A DNA stretch of 64,000 nt, taken from the NCBI GenBank assembly GCA_963664305.2, contig CAXXLV010000002.1:512001-576000 (forward strand). Direction: 5' to 3'. Of the stretch, positions 1 through 9,129 are shown piece after piece. Made by a program: the position numbers and the translations under genes. This DNA is from an uncultured Aliarcobacter sp. GTDB lineage: Bacteria; Campylobacterota; Campylobacteria; Campylobacterales; Arcobacteraceae. Every line of letters begins with the position of its first letter. Position 1 is the stretch's first letter. The notes beneath the pieces were generated by a model. That model had not been told where the DNA came from, did no database searches, and saw only the letters and a program-made list of their open reading frames with translations.

Positions 1-269
1 TCATCAAATCCACCAGAGAATCCTCCACCTCTTTGTCCATGACCTTCAAGTCCAGCTTTACCATATTTGTCATATATAGCTCTTTTTTCTTCATCACTTA
101 AGACTTGATAAGCTTCATTTATAGCTTTAAATCTTTCTTCTGCTTCGTTATCACCTGGATTTTTATCAGGATGATATTTCATAGCCATTTGTCTATAGGC
201 TTTTTTGATTGTACTTTTATCTGAACCTCTACTAACTTCTAGTAGTTCATAATAATCAATTTCAGTCAA
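1..269 (-). CDS. dnaJ: Chaperone DnaJ, N-terminal part (runs off window start)
   Basis: Manual translation from TTG at 269 (RBS GGAG upstream): [12 protein letters not shown]...[19 protein letters not shown]...[10 protein letters not shown], i.e. J-domain with HPD motif followed by G/F-rich region. Confidence 0.93.
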   Translation of the reverse strand, partial: MTEIDYYELLEVSRGSDKSTIKKAYRQMAMKYHPDKNPGDNEAEERFKAINEAYQVLSDEEKRAIYDKYGKAGLEGHGQRGGGFSGGFD

Positions 270-345
270 TTTCTATCTCCCTAAAAAATAATCTAATAAA
301 ATTTATGTAAGTCGCGATTTTATCTAAAAATAGTTAAATCTTAGA

Positions 346-351
346 TATAAT
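346..351 (+). promoter_or_regulatory. -10 box (TATAAT) of recR, probable leaderless transcript
   Basis: TATAAT 6 nt before the recR ATG, no SD sequence in between. Confidence 0.55.
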
Positions 352-357
352 CTTGCT

Positions 358-930
358 ATGAATAAAGGATTAGAAAAATTTTATGAACTAGTTGAAGCTT
401 TTGAGTCTTTACCTACAATTGGAAAAAAATCAGCTTTACGTTTAGCATACCATATTGTTATGAATGATAATTACTGTGGGATAAAGATTGCTCATAGTAT
501 TGAAAATGCTCTAAAAAATATAACAAAATGCTCAAGATGTGGCTCTATGAGTGAACATGAAATTTGTGAATTTTGTTTAGATGAATCAAGAGATAATGAA
601 AAATTATGTATTGTTCAAAGTGCAAAAGATATATTTGTGATTGAAGATTCAAATCAATTTGATGGTAGATATTTTGTTATTGAAGAGTTAGACCAAGATG
701 TTATAGATTCTTTACAAAAGTTTATAATGGATAATGAGGTTAAAAATATACTTTTTGCAATTACACCATCTATTGCAAATGATGCATTTATCCTATTTAT
801 TGAAGATAAGCTAAAGAATTTTGATATTAAATTTACAAAAATTGCTCAAGGTGTACCAACAGGTGTAAGTTTAGAAAATGTAGATATCTTATCTCTATCA
901 AAAGCTATACAAAGTAAAGTCGAAATATAA
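358..930 (+). CDS. recR: Recombination mediator RecR
   Basis: HhH (LPTIGKKSALRLAY), C4 zinc finger (CSRC...CEFC), Toprim, C-terminal IAQGVPTG. Confidence 0.96.
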   Translation: MNKGLEKFYELVEAFESLPTIGKKSALRLAYHIVMNDNYCGIKIAHSIENALKNITKCSRCGSMSEHEICEFCLDESRDNEKLCIVQSAKDIFVIEDSNQFDGRYFVIEELDQDVIDSLQKFIMDNEVKNILFAITPSIANDAFILFIEDKLKNFDIKFTKIAQGVPTGVSLENVDILSLSKAIQSKVEI

Positions 931-932
931 AA

Positions 933-1109
933 ATGGAAAAAAGAATAGTTTGTCAAAAATGTGTTTATTATTTTGTTACATGGGAAGCAAATAGACCACA
1001 CGGCTGTAAAGCTTATGGTTTTAAAACACCAGTATTACCTTCTATTACAGTTAAAAATTCAAGTGGAGAAGATTGTAAATTTTTCACTTTAAAAAATTTT
1101 CAAAGATAG
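933..1109 (+). CDS. Small Cys-rich putative metal-binding protein (58 aa), not in ORF track
   Basis: Manual translation MEKRIVCQKCVYYFVTWEANRPHGCKAYGFKTPVLPSITVKNSSGEDCKFFTLKNFQR; fills the gap between recR and the kinase gene. Confidence 0.8.
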   Translation: MEKRIVCQKCVYYFVTWEANRPHGCKAYGFKTPVLPSITVKNSSGEDCKFFTLKNFQR

Positions 1110-1114
1110 TATTT

Positions 1115-2596
1115 ATGGAAAATTTTATTGAGCAAATTGAAAAAAATAAAATTGCAATTATAAGAAAATGGATTTCATTTCCTACTGTAATTGAGCTTAT
1201 AAAAAAGTATGAATTAGATGAAAATCTATTTATAAGAAGATACTCTTTTGCAGTTGTTGAACATTTTATTCTGGTTATTAAAAAAGATGAAAAGACTGAA
1301 AAGAACTCTGCAGTAATTGATTTTTTAAAATATTTAAAAAAACAAAATTTTAAAATTAATGAACTTTTTTTAATCTTTTCTGCTTTTAGAGATTCTTTAA
1401 TTGATTTCATTTTTAAAATGAATATAGAAAATATAGAGTTAATAGAAAAGATAAATTTTAATTTTGAAAAGATTTTTTCAGTTCTTTTGGATATTTATTC
1501 AAAATCTATTTCTGAAATAGAGAGTGCTTTAAATAAATCTATTGATATTGTTGATAAATATGTAATTATGTCAAGAACTGATTTAAATGGAATAATTATT
1601 AGTGTCTCAAACGCTTTTTGTAAAGTTTCAGGTTATGAATCTTTTGAGTTAATAGGAAAACCTTTTGATTTTTTGAAACATTCTGATATGAAAGATGAAT
1701 TCTTTTTAAACATAAAAGAGATTATCCAATCAGGTGAAATGTGGCAAGGAGAAATAAAAAATCAAAAGAAAAATGGTGAGTTTTATTGGCTTAAAACTAC
1801 TATTCATCCAAATTTTGACAATAATGGAAAAGTTATAAGTTATGATGCAATAAATGAAGATATTACTTCTCAAAAAGAGTTGAAAAATCAACAAAATTTA
1901 CTTGTAGAACAATCTAAATCTGCTGCAATGGGTGAAATGATTAGTATGATAGCTCATCAATGGCGACAACCTTTACAAGCTGTTTCTATTTTGATTCAAA
2001 AACTTCCTTTGTTAAAAGAGATACAAGGTGAAATTTCTGATGAAATGTTAAATGATGTTGTTTCTCAAGTTTCGGTACAACTTGATTATATGTCAAAAAC
2101 AATTGATGATTTTAGAGATTATTTTAAACCAAATAAGAAAAAAGAAGAAGTTTATATAGAAAATGTTATAAACAAATCTATGGATTTTTTATCTTATTTA
2201 TTCAAAATAAATTCTGTCGAAATTAGATATAAAAATGAATCTACTTCAAAAATCGAGTTATTTTTAAATGAAATGGTACAAGTATTTATAAATCTAGCAA
2301 AAAATTCATGTGATGCTATGATTGAAAGAGAAATAAAAGATAGGTTTATAAATATTTATAGTTATGAAAGAAATAAAAAATTATATGTAGAGTTTGAAGA
2401 TAATGCAGGTGGAATAAGTAAAAATTTTTTAAACAAAATTTTTGAACCTTATTTCTCAACTAAAAGTAATAAAAATGGTACAGGTTTAGGATTGTATATG
2501 ATAAAAACTATAATTGAACAGTATAGTTTTGGTAAAATAGATGTTTATAATACTGAAGTTGGAACAAAATTTATTATTGAATTACCACTAAAATAG
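1115..2596 (+). CDS. Cytoplasmic PAS-domain sensor histidine kinase
   Basis: PAS/PAC (SRTDLNG...FYWLKTTI), H-box IAHQWRQPL, N-box NLAKNS, DNAGG and GTGLGL; no TM segment. Confidence 0.92.
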   Translation: MENFIEQIEKNKIAIIRKWISFPTVIELIKKYELDENLFIRRYSFAVVEHFILVIKKDEKTEKNSAVIDFLKYLKKQNFKINELFLIFSAFRDSLIDFIFKMNIENIELIEKINFNFEKIFSVLLDIYSKSISEIESALNKSIDIVDKYVIMSRTDLNGIIISVSNAFCKVSGYESFELIGKPFDFLKHSDMKDEFFLNIKEIIQSGEMWQGEIKNQKKNGEFYWLKTTIHPNFDNNGKVISYDAINEDITSQKELKNQQNLLVEQSKSAAMGEMISMIAHQWRQPLQAVSILIQKLPLLKEIQGEISDEMLNDVVSQVSVQLDYMSKTIDDFRDYFKPNKKKEEVYIENVINKSMDFLSYLFKINSVEIRYKNESTSKIELFLNEMVQVFINLAKNSCDAMIEREIKDRFINIYSYERNKKLYVEFEDNAGGISKNFLNKIFEPYFSTKSNKNGTGLGLYMIKTIIEQYSFGKIDVYNTEVGTKFIIELPLK

Positions 2597-2605
2597 GAGT
2601 TAAGT

Positions 2606-3532
2606 TTGTTATATAAAGATTTTAAAGAGAGTATAAAAGCATTAGGTTTTTTAACAATTGAAGATTTTATACAATATTCTGGAGTTACATCTGATGATGT
2701 TTTAAATTGGGAAGAAAAAAATGAAGTACCTTATCTAGTTTCATTGATTTTACATCTTTTAAAAGGTGAGAAAGAGTTATTACCAACAAATTGGGCTTTA
2801 GATAGTGTAATTGAAGAGTGTTTACCTTTAGCTTCACTTTTAGAAGAGGCTTCATCATTCCCTCACAAATTAGAAGAGATGTTTTTATTACAAAAAAAAT
2901 TAAATGATTCTACAAATGGTAAAAATTGGGAATTAGGTTTAAATAAATTTGGAAAAGAGATAAATTGGCTTAGATGTATTCATATGGAAGTTGCTGAACT
3001 AATTGAATCAACTCCTTGGAAACACTGGAAAAATATCAATTCATCTCCTGATATGAATAATATTCATGTTGAACTAGTTGATATTTGGCACTTTTTAATG
3101 TCTTATATTTTACAAGAAACAAATGTTCCAAAAGCTGTTTCTTTATCTAATACTCATTGTATATATGAAGCTGCTGAAGATGTTGATGTAAAACTTATGG
3201 TAAAAGAAGCTGAAAAATTATCTTATATAGCTTTAGCAATTGATACAGGAAATATGCCTTCATTTAGTGGAATAGAAAGATTTATTGACCAATTCTTTAG
3301 ATGTTGTAAAATCTCTGGATTATCATTTACATGGTTACAAAAACTATATATTGGTAAAAATTGTTTAAATCAATTTAGACAAGATAATGGATATAAAGAA
3401 GGACATTACATAAAAGTTTGGAATGGAAATGAAGATAATGTTGTAATGGTTGATTTATTAGAAAAAATGGAAGACGTAAGTTTTGATGATTTATATAACA
3501 AATTAAAAGAAGAGTATAACAAATGTAAATAA
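2606..3532 (+). CDS. dut: Dimeric (all-alpha) dUTP diphosphatase with N-terminal HTH-like extension
   Basis: LQKKLND, E.AELIES..WKHWK, VELVDIWHF, KN.LNQFRQDNGYKEG.Y.K.W...EDN motifs of Campylobacter-type dUTPase; ~85 aa N-terminal extension. Confidence 0.9.
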   Translation: MLYKDFKESIKALGFLTIEDFIQYSGVTSDDVLNWEEKNEVPYLVSLILHLLKGEKELLPTNWALDSVIEECLPLASLLEEASSFPHKLEEMFLLQKKLNDSTNGKNWELGLNKFGKEINWLRCIHMEVAELIESTPWKHWKNINSSPDMNNIHVELVDIWHFLMSYILQETNVPKAVSLSNTHCIYEAAEDVDVKLMVKEAEKLSYIALAIDTGNMPSFSGIERFIDQFFRCCKISGLSFTWLQKLYIGKNCLNQFRQDNGYKEGHYIKVWNGNEDNVVMVDLLEKMEDVSFDDLYNKLKEEYNKCK

Positions 3533-3554
3533 TAGGTTTTAAACCTATTATTTA
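3526..3554. terminator. Bidirectional intrinsic terminator-like hairpin
   Basis: Perfect inverted repeat TAAATAATAGGTTT-T-AAACCTATTATTTA between convergent genes. Confidence 0.75.
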
Positions 3555-3566
3555 GAAAAACGAATT

Positions 3567-4067
3567 TTATCTATAATCGTTTTTATATTCTACGTAGTGC
3601 CCAGCGTGAGCTATTAATTTATCAACATCTTCTTGTGTTAATTCTTTTACTACTTTTGCAGGACTTCCCATAATCATACTTCTTGGTGGAAATACTTTTC
3701 CAGCAGTTACAAGTGAATTTGCTCCTACTATACTTCCTTCTCCAATTACAGCATTATCTAAAATCGTTGCACTCATACCTATCAAACAATTATCTTCAAT
3801 TTTACAACCATGAAGCATAACTTTATGACCAATTGTTACATTATCTCCAATAATTGTTTTTGTATTTGTATCTGTATGAATACAAGATAAATCTTGAATA
3901 TTTGTATTTTTACCAATTCTTACTTCATTTACATCAGAACGAATTACACATCCAAACCAAACCGATGAATCTTCACCAATTTTTATATTTCCAATTAAAT
4001 CAGCACTTGGTGCAATCCAAGCACTTGGATGAATTTCTGGGTAAAATTCTTTAAATTTTAAAATCAC
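3567..4067 (-). CDS. Gamma carbonic anhydrase family (YrdA/PaaY-like) hexapeptide-repeat protein
   Basis: IRSDVN..IG..TNIQD..CIH, TIGHKVMLHGC, GSPAKV. Confidence 0.92.
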   Translation of the reverse strand: MILKFKEFYPEIHPSAWIAPSADLIGNIKIGEDSSVWFGCVIRSDVNEVRIGKNTNIQDLSCIHTDTNTKTIIGDNVTIGHKVMLHGCKIEDNCLIGMSATILDNAVIGEGSIVGANSLVTAGKVFPPRSMIMGSPAKVVKELTQEDVDKLIAHAGHYVEYKNDYR

Positions 4068-4112
4068 AGCTCTCTCCTTAGCTAAATTTGAAACAATTAT
4101 AGCAAAGGAAAC

Positions 4113-6698
4113 TTATTTTGCTATATATTCTAAAATTATTGGCTCACTATAATTTGGTACATTGTCATAGGTAAATATTGCATAATATTTGTTTATATCA
4201 GTTGCTCCAAAATCATCAAATGTATATTCATCTATTCCTGCATAAAGTTTTTGTCCATCATGAGATGAAAGAGGTTTTCTAAATGGATTTTTTATAACTT
4301 TTACTCCTACAAAATCTATATCTTTTGGATTAGTCCAAGTAAGTTTTATTTTTCCATTTTCAACAATCAATGAAGCATTTGAAACTTTTTCTACAGGAAA
4401 TCTTCTTTTTACAATATGTTCAATTATTAGTTTTGGAGAAAGATTTATATTTGTTGTTTCCCAAGATACTTTTTTATTTTTTAAAGTTTTAAGAGCTGAT
4501 GTTGGTTTTAAAACAAAAGCAACATTTGATTTGTTTTTTAATTTTTCGTTTAAAATTATTTCAGAAAAAGCATCAAAGATAAAGTATTGTGTTTGATTGT
4601 TTTTTAACTCATTTGCACTAATATCATAACCAATATTTTGAATAACTTCTCTATTTGTAATTGCTTCATAGTTTTTGTCAATATGTTCATCAATAAATTC
4701 AAGATGAAATCTAATATCATCTTTTATATAAATTTTTGTAGAGTTAAGTTCAAAATAGGCTTTTGTAATCATAGTATCATTGTATGGTGGTAAAGAAGAG
4801 AGATTAAATTCAAAAATAGAGTAGATTTTACTTCCTTTTTCATCAAATCCAGCACTAATTTCATCTCTTTTTATTTCTGCTTTACTTAAAGTACAGATTT
4901 CCTTTGGATATAAAGTTGTAATTGTTGGTTCTGTTGTAAAAGTTAATTCTAGTCTTGGACGATAGTTTAATCCAAAACCAAATTTTCCATAGCCAATATC
5001 CCATTGCATCATCTGTTTTGTTCTTCCAATTTTTAACTCTTTTGGACCTTCAACCCTTAAAACAATAGTATCTTTTCTAATAGAGTTTTTTAAAGTAATA
5101 CATTCTAAACCTGATAACTCCCAAGTTCTCCAGATACCTTGAGTTAATTGAAAAGATTGTGTAGCTCGTCCTAAATATTGGCTAATATGCATATTTTGAA
5201 CATCTTCAAAATTTGTGATATCTCCCATAGTATCTTGATTTACAATTCCAACATTCCATTCTCCATATTTTTCAATAGTTGTTGAAACTCTGTTTATTGG
5301 GTATAAATTCAACGAAGCTGATTTTATAATGGCATTTATTGGAAGAGATTTTACATTTATTGAAATAATTGCATAAGAAATACCTTTATCATCATCAACT
5401 CCAACAAATAAAGAGTTTACTCCAAAGTGTTTAGCATTGTTGTTTAAGTTTTCAGCAACATAACCTGTACCTTTTGCATTTGCATAGTATGTTCTACTAA
5501 ATTCATCATATTCAACTAAAGTTCGCACCTTTATTTGTGGACAAAATGGAGATTTTTGATTTGTTTTTTTATTTACGGCTCTTATGTTGTAATAGTAGTT
5601 TTTATTAGAAACTAGATTTATATCATTGAACTCTAAACTTTTTGTTTTTGCTATCAAATTTGAAGAGTTACAATATTGTTTATCTTTTGTACTTCTGAAT
5701 ATTTCAAAATATATATTTTCGTTTAATAAATAATCCCATTTAAGATTTACATGATTTGAACCAATATGTGTGATATTAAATCCTTCTACTCTTTTTATAT
5801 GATTGTTTTTTGCATAATTATCAACTTCTTTTAATGCATAAATAAGTGCAGGAATATGTTCTTTGATATTTTCACTTAAATCTTGCATATAATCACTAAT
5901 ATTTCTAGTTCCTACTTCAACAACTGTTGATATAATTCCTAAAGAATAATAAAACTCTCTACCACTTCCACCTATTAATTTTGCAGGTGGTTTTCCTTGA
6001 TGTATTCCATATTCACGACCAGATATTTTTCTTATCTCTTCAGCCATATTTGCACATAAAGTGTTCATATCTGTCGTATCAAAAGTATCTTCATGTCTAA
6101 AATCGTGCGCTGGGAAAAATACATTTCCTTGACTATGGTAATCAAGTGCAATAGTAATATTTGGATGAGTTAAAACAAAATCTCGCAAGGCTTTAGTTTC
6201 TGGTTCACTAAATGCTTCAGGTCCACCATAAACATTTGAAGTTGTTGTTGTACTTTTATTAAATCCAATTGGAAAATTTCTATTTAAATCAACTCCATAA
6301 GTTCCATCTGCATTTTGTCTTCTATTTTTTCTCCAAAAAGAGAAGTGATTTCTTGAATATTCAAAACCATCAGGATTAGCACAAGGTACCATATAAACTG
6401 TACTTTCATTTAGATAGATTTGTAAACTTGGGTCTGTTTCTAAATTTTTTAAAATATAAATTGCAAACTCAATTGCTAACTCATGCCCAATCCACTCTCT
6501 TGCATGTATAGTTCCTGTATAAAAAAGTGCTGGCTTTGTATGGGATATTTTTATATTTTTTGAAATGGTTATAAGATATATATCTCTTTTTTCCCAAGTT
6601 TGACCAATTGATTCTATCTTAAAATTATTTGGATATTTTTCTTGTAATTCATTAAAAATATTTATTGATTCTTTGTAGGACCTATACAATTTTTTCAA
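4113..6698 (-). CDS. M14 family zinc carboxypeptidase with FN3-like and beta-sandwich C-terminal domains
   Basis: HARE (HxxE), NPDG, RKN, GVDLNRNF, DYHSQG, VEVG; FN3-like segment (VNLKW...YYYNIRAVN); no signal peptide; TTG start. Confidence 0.9.
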   Translation of the reverse strand: MKKLYRSYKESINIFNELQEKYPNNFKIESIGQTWEKRDIYLITISKNIKISHTKPALFYTGTIHAREWIGHELAIEFAIYILKNLETDPSLQIYLNESTVYMVPCANPDGFEYSRNHFSFWRKNRRQNADGTYGVDLNRNFPIGFNKSTTTTSNVYGGPEAFSEPETKALRDFVLTHPNITIALDYHSQGNVFFPAHDFRHEDTFDTTDMNTLCANMAEEIRKISGREYGIHQGKPPAKLIGGSGREFYYSLGIISTVVEVGTRNISDYMQDLSENIKEHIPALIYALKEVDNYAKNNHIKRVEGFNITHIGSNHVNLKWDYLLNENIYFEIFRSTKDKQYCNSSNLIAKTKSLEFNDINLVSNKNYYYNIRAVNKKTNQKSPFCPQIKVRTLVEYDEFSRTYYANAKGTGYVAENLNNNAKHFGVNSLFVGVDDDKGISYAIISINVKSLPINAIIKSASLNLYPINRVSTTIEKYGEWNVGIVNQDTMGDITNFEDVQNMHISQYLGRATQSFQLTQGIWRTWELSGLECITLKNSIRKDTIVLRVEGPKELKIGRTKQMMQWDIGYGKFGFGLNYRPRLELTFTTEPTITTLYPKEICTLSKAEIKRDEISAGFDEKGSKIYSIFEFNLSSLPPYNDTMITKAYFELNSTKIYIKDDIRFHLEFIDEHIDKNYEAITNREVIQNIGYDISANELKNNQTQYFIFDAFSEIILNEKLKNKSNVAFVLKPTSALKTLKNKKVSWETTNINLSPKLIIEHIVKRRFPVEKVSNASLIVENGKIKLTWTNPKDIDFVGVKVIKNPFRKPLSSHDGQKLYAGIDEYTFDDFGATDINKYYAIFTYDNVPNYSEPIILEYIAK

Positions 6699-6701
6699 AA
6701 T

Positions 6702-8192
6702 CTATTCTCCAACTTTTAATCTTGATTTTAATTGAGCAAATTTATTTTTACCAATACCATCAATATTTTTTAAATCCTCAATGCACTTGATTTCTCCTAC
6801 TTTTTCTCTAAAATCAAAGATGATTTTTGCTAATTTATTTCCAATTCCTTTGATTTTTTTCAAATCTTCTTTATTAACACAATTTATATCAATTCTCATA
6901 TCATCAATATGCTCTTCCCAAGATTTTAACATTTGTTCATCTATTGATTCTAACTCTAATAAATCAGAGCAATCAGTAATAATGTTATCTTGTAAATACT
7001 CTTTAATCTCTATTGCTAAATCTTCTTCCATTCCATATAAACTCATCAAATCTGTTAAACTAGCTTTGTTAAAATCTATTTTTCTAGGGCTAAATTCATC
7101 TTGTTTTGGATTTTGTTTAGCAATTTCAATTTCTGAATTTTCAGGAAAAGGCATATCCTCTTCATTTGATTTTTCTGTCATTTCCATTTCAAAAATATCT
7201 TTTTTATCTTTTATAAATCTTTCTCCATCATAACTTTGTGTGTATTTACCAAAAGTGATGTTTCTTAGAGTTCTTAAAAGTGATGAATCAATTTTTCCTA
7301 ACTCTTCCCACGAGAATAGGGGAATATGTGGTTTTGGATATTTTCCTTTTGAAAAATCCCACATTAAATATTGACAAATCCAATCTCTAATATATGGAAA
7401 AGCAGCAAATGCTGTAGCACACTCTAAAATATAAGCTTTATTTGTGTTTTCATCAATAGCTATATCACAAGCAAAATATTCAGCTTTTGAAGCTTTAGAA
7501 GCATTAACTGCAAGTTCTAAAGCATTCATCGGAACATTTTTATATGACATTGAACCACCTTGAGAAGTATTTGTGATCCATTGATTTTTTCCGGAATATC
7601 TCCAAAATGCACAAACTGGTTTATGACCAATTAACATAACTCTAATATCTCCTGAGTCTTTTAGTTTAATTGCATTTTGTGTATAGATTGGATTATATTT
7701 TTTTAGTTCAAGTAATTCTTTTGCTTCTTTATAGTTGTTTGCTTTATGTACATAATATCCACCATAATTTGATGGTCCATAACTTCTTTTTATAATTTGT
7801 GGATAATTTGCTTTATTTTTTAAATAATCTAAACCTTTTTCCATATTGTAAAAAATTTTTGTTTTTGGAATTGATAGATTATATTTTTTACAAAAAAGCG
7901 TTACATTTTCTTTTGATTTATTTGGAAATTGGCTCTCTATTGATGGAACAAATCTAACATTTGGTAATTCTTTTGCAATTTCAACAAAAGTATCATAAGC
8001 AGTTGCAGGAATATTCCCAACTAATATATCGATCTTTTTTTTCTTTACTTCTTTTATGAATCTCTCTTTATCATTTTTCCAATGATAAACAACAGATTCA
8101 ATTCTGTCACTCCAACCTTTGAAGTTTGATTTATCAAAGAATCTTAAAACATAATCTAGATATAAAAGTCCAATTTTCGGTAGTTTTTTCAT
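6702..8192 (-). CDS. Divergent ATP-grasp ligase fused to C-terminal ComEA-like helix-hairpin-helix domains
   Basis: ATP-grasp motifs IIKRSYG..YGG, DIRV, WITNTSQGG, ACDI, ILEC; C-terminus IDIN...LKKIKGIGNKLA...LKNIDGIGKNKF. Confidence 0.85.
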   Translation of the reverse strand: MKKLPKIGLLYLDYVLRFFDKSNFKGWSDRIESVVYHWKNDKERFIKEVKKKKIDILVGNIPATAYDTFVEIAKELPNVRFVPSIESQFPNKSKENVTLFCKKYNLSIPKTKIFYNMEKGLDYLKNKANYPQIIKRSYGPSNYGGYYVHKANNYKEAKELLELKKYNPIYTQNAIKLKDSGDIRVMLIGHKPVCAFWRYSGKNQWITNTSQGGSMSYKNVPMNALELAVNASKASKAEYFACDIAIDENTNKAYILECATAFAAFPYIRDWICQYLMWDFSKGKYPKPHIPLFSWEELGKIDSSLLRTLRNITFGKYTQSYDGERFIKDKKDIFEMEMTEKSNEEDMPFPENSEIEIAKQNPKQDEFSPRKIDFNKASLTDLMSLYGMEEDLAIEIKEYLQDNIITDCSDLLELESIDEQMLKSWEEHIDDMRIDINCVNKEDLKKIKGIGNKLAKIIFDFREKVGEIKCIEDLKNIDGIGKNKFAQLKSRLKVGE

Positions 8193-9118
8193 TTTATTTC
8201 TCCTTTGTTTAATGCTTTCCTATCTATTAAATCAACAATTAAATCAATTTTTTTATCATTGAAATTAAGACCTAGTTTTTCTTGTTCAGGAGTTGCAAAT
8301 GCTGGAATTCCATTTACTTCTAAGACTATATATTCTTCTTTTTTTCTATCATAGATGATGTCAACTCCCGCGATATCAAGTCCCAAAACTTCTGTTGCTT
8401 TGATTGCAAGATTTATTATCTCTTCATTTGGTTCTCTTAAAAATACACTTCCACCACTTGTGATATTTGTTTTCCAATGTCCAACAGCTGCTTTTCTTCC
8501 ATAACAACCAACAAATTTACCATCAACAATATCAATTCTATAATCAGTGTTATCATAATCTACATATTTTTCTACATAGAAATATTTAAGATTTATTTGA
8601 TTTAAAAAAGGAATTAACATATTTAAAGCTTCAACGCTATCTATTTTTGTAACTCCAATTCCTCCCCAACCATCAGTTGGTTTATAAACCATTTTGTTCC
8701 ATTTTTTCATAATATTTTCTAGTCTATAAGTTTCATCTTTATTACAAAGTTTATAATCAGCAGTTCTAATTCCATGTTTTCTTAAAAAAAATGATGTATG
8801 AAATTTATCTTCACTTATTTCAAAAGCTTCATAAGAGTTAATCATAGGAATGATTCTATTTAGAGCCTTGTATAAATATACTTGATAAGGAGTTTGTTCT
8901 CCTGCGTTATAAGAGAAAAATAAATCTAATTTATCTAGTTTTAGATTTTTATTTTTCATCTCATATATAATATGACCATTTTTTGCAATTGCATCTTTTA
9001 GATTGATATTAGGTAAAACTTCGATATCTCTTTCTTTTAACTTTTTAATCATTTTTTTTTGAATAACATCTCCACCACTATTTTGATAAAGCCACATACC
9101 AATATTTCTTTTTGCCAT
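8189..9118 (-). CDS. RimK/LysX-family ATP-grasp amino-acid ligase
   Basis: SEDK, YKPTDGWGGIGV, EKYV, DYR, WKTNITSGG, AGVDI, LEVNGIPAF. Confidence 0.9.
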   Translation of the reverse strand: MAKRNIGMWLYQNSGGDVIQKKMIKKLKERDIEVLPNINLKDAIAKNGHIIYEMKNKNLKLDKLDLFFSYNAGEQTPYQVYLYKALNRIIPMINSYEAFEISEDKFHTSFFLRKHGIRTADYKLCNKDETYRLENIMKKWNKMVYKPTDGWGGIGVTKIDSVEALNMLIPFLNQINLKYFYVEKYVDYDNTDYRIDIVDGKFVGCYGRKAAVGHWKTNITSGGSVFLREPNEEIINLAIKATEVLGLDIAGVDIIYDRKKEEYIVLEVNGIPAFATPEQEKLGLNFNDKKIDLIVDLIDRKALNKGEIK

Positions 9119-9129
9119 AATTTCCCCTT

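Noticed and set aside
6702..7085. HhH region as a competence gene comEA working with comEC at 31668
   Set aside because: No signal peptide or TM anchor, it is fused in frame to a cytoplasmic ATP-grasp, and comEC is 25 kb away
9052..9060. A9 homopolymer in the ATP-grasp gene as a phase-variation tract
   Set aside because: Poly-A runs of this length are common in such AT-rich DNA, and the frame is intact; no long poly-G/C tracts were seen
8189..9118. Calling this gene rimK or gshB, or a graspetide RiPP ligase
   Set aside because: The family fold is clear but orthology cannot be established by eye; no precursor-peptide ORF fits in the tight operon
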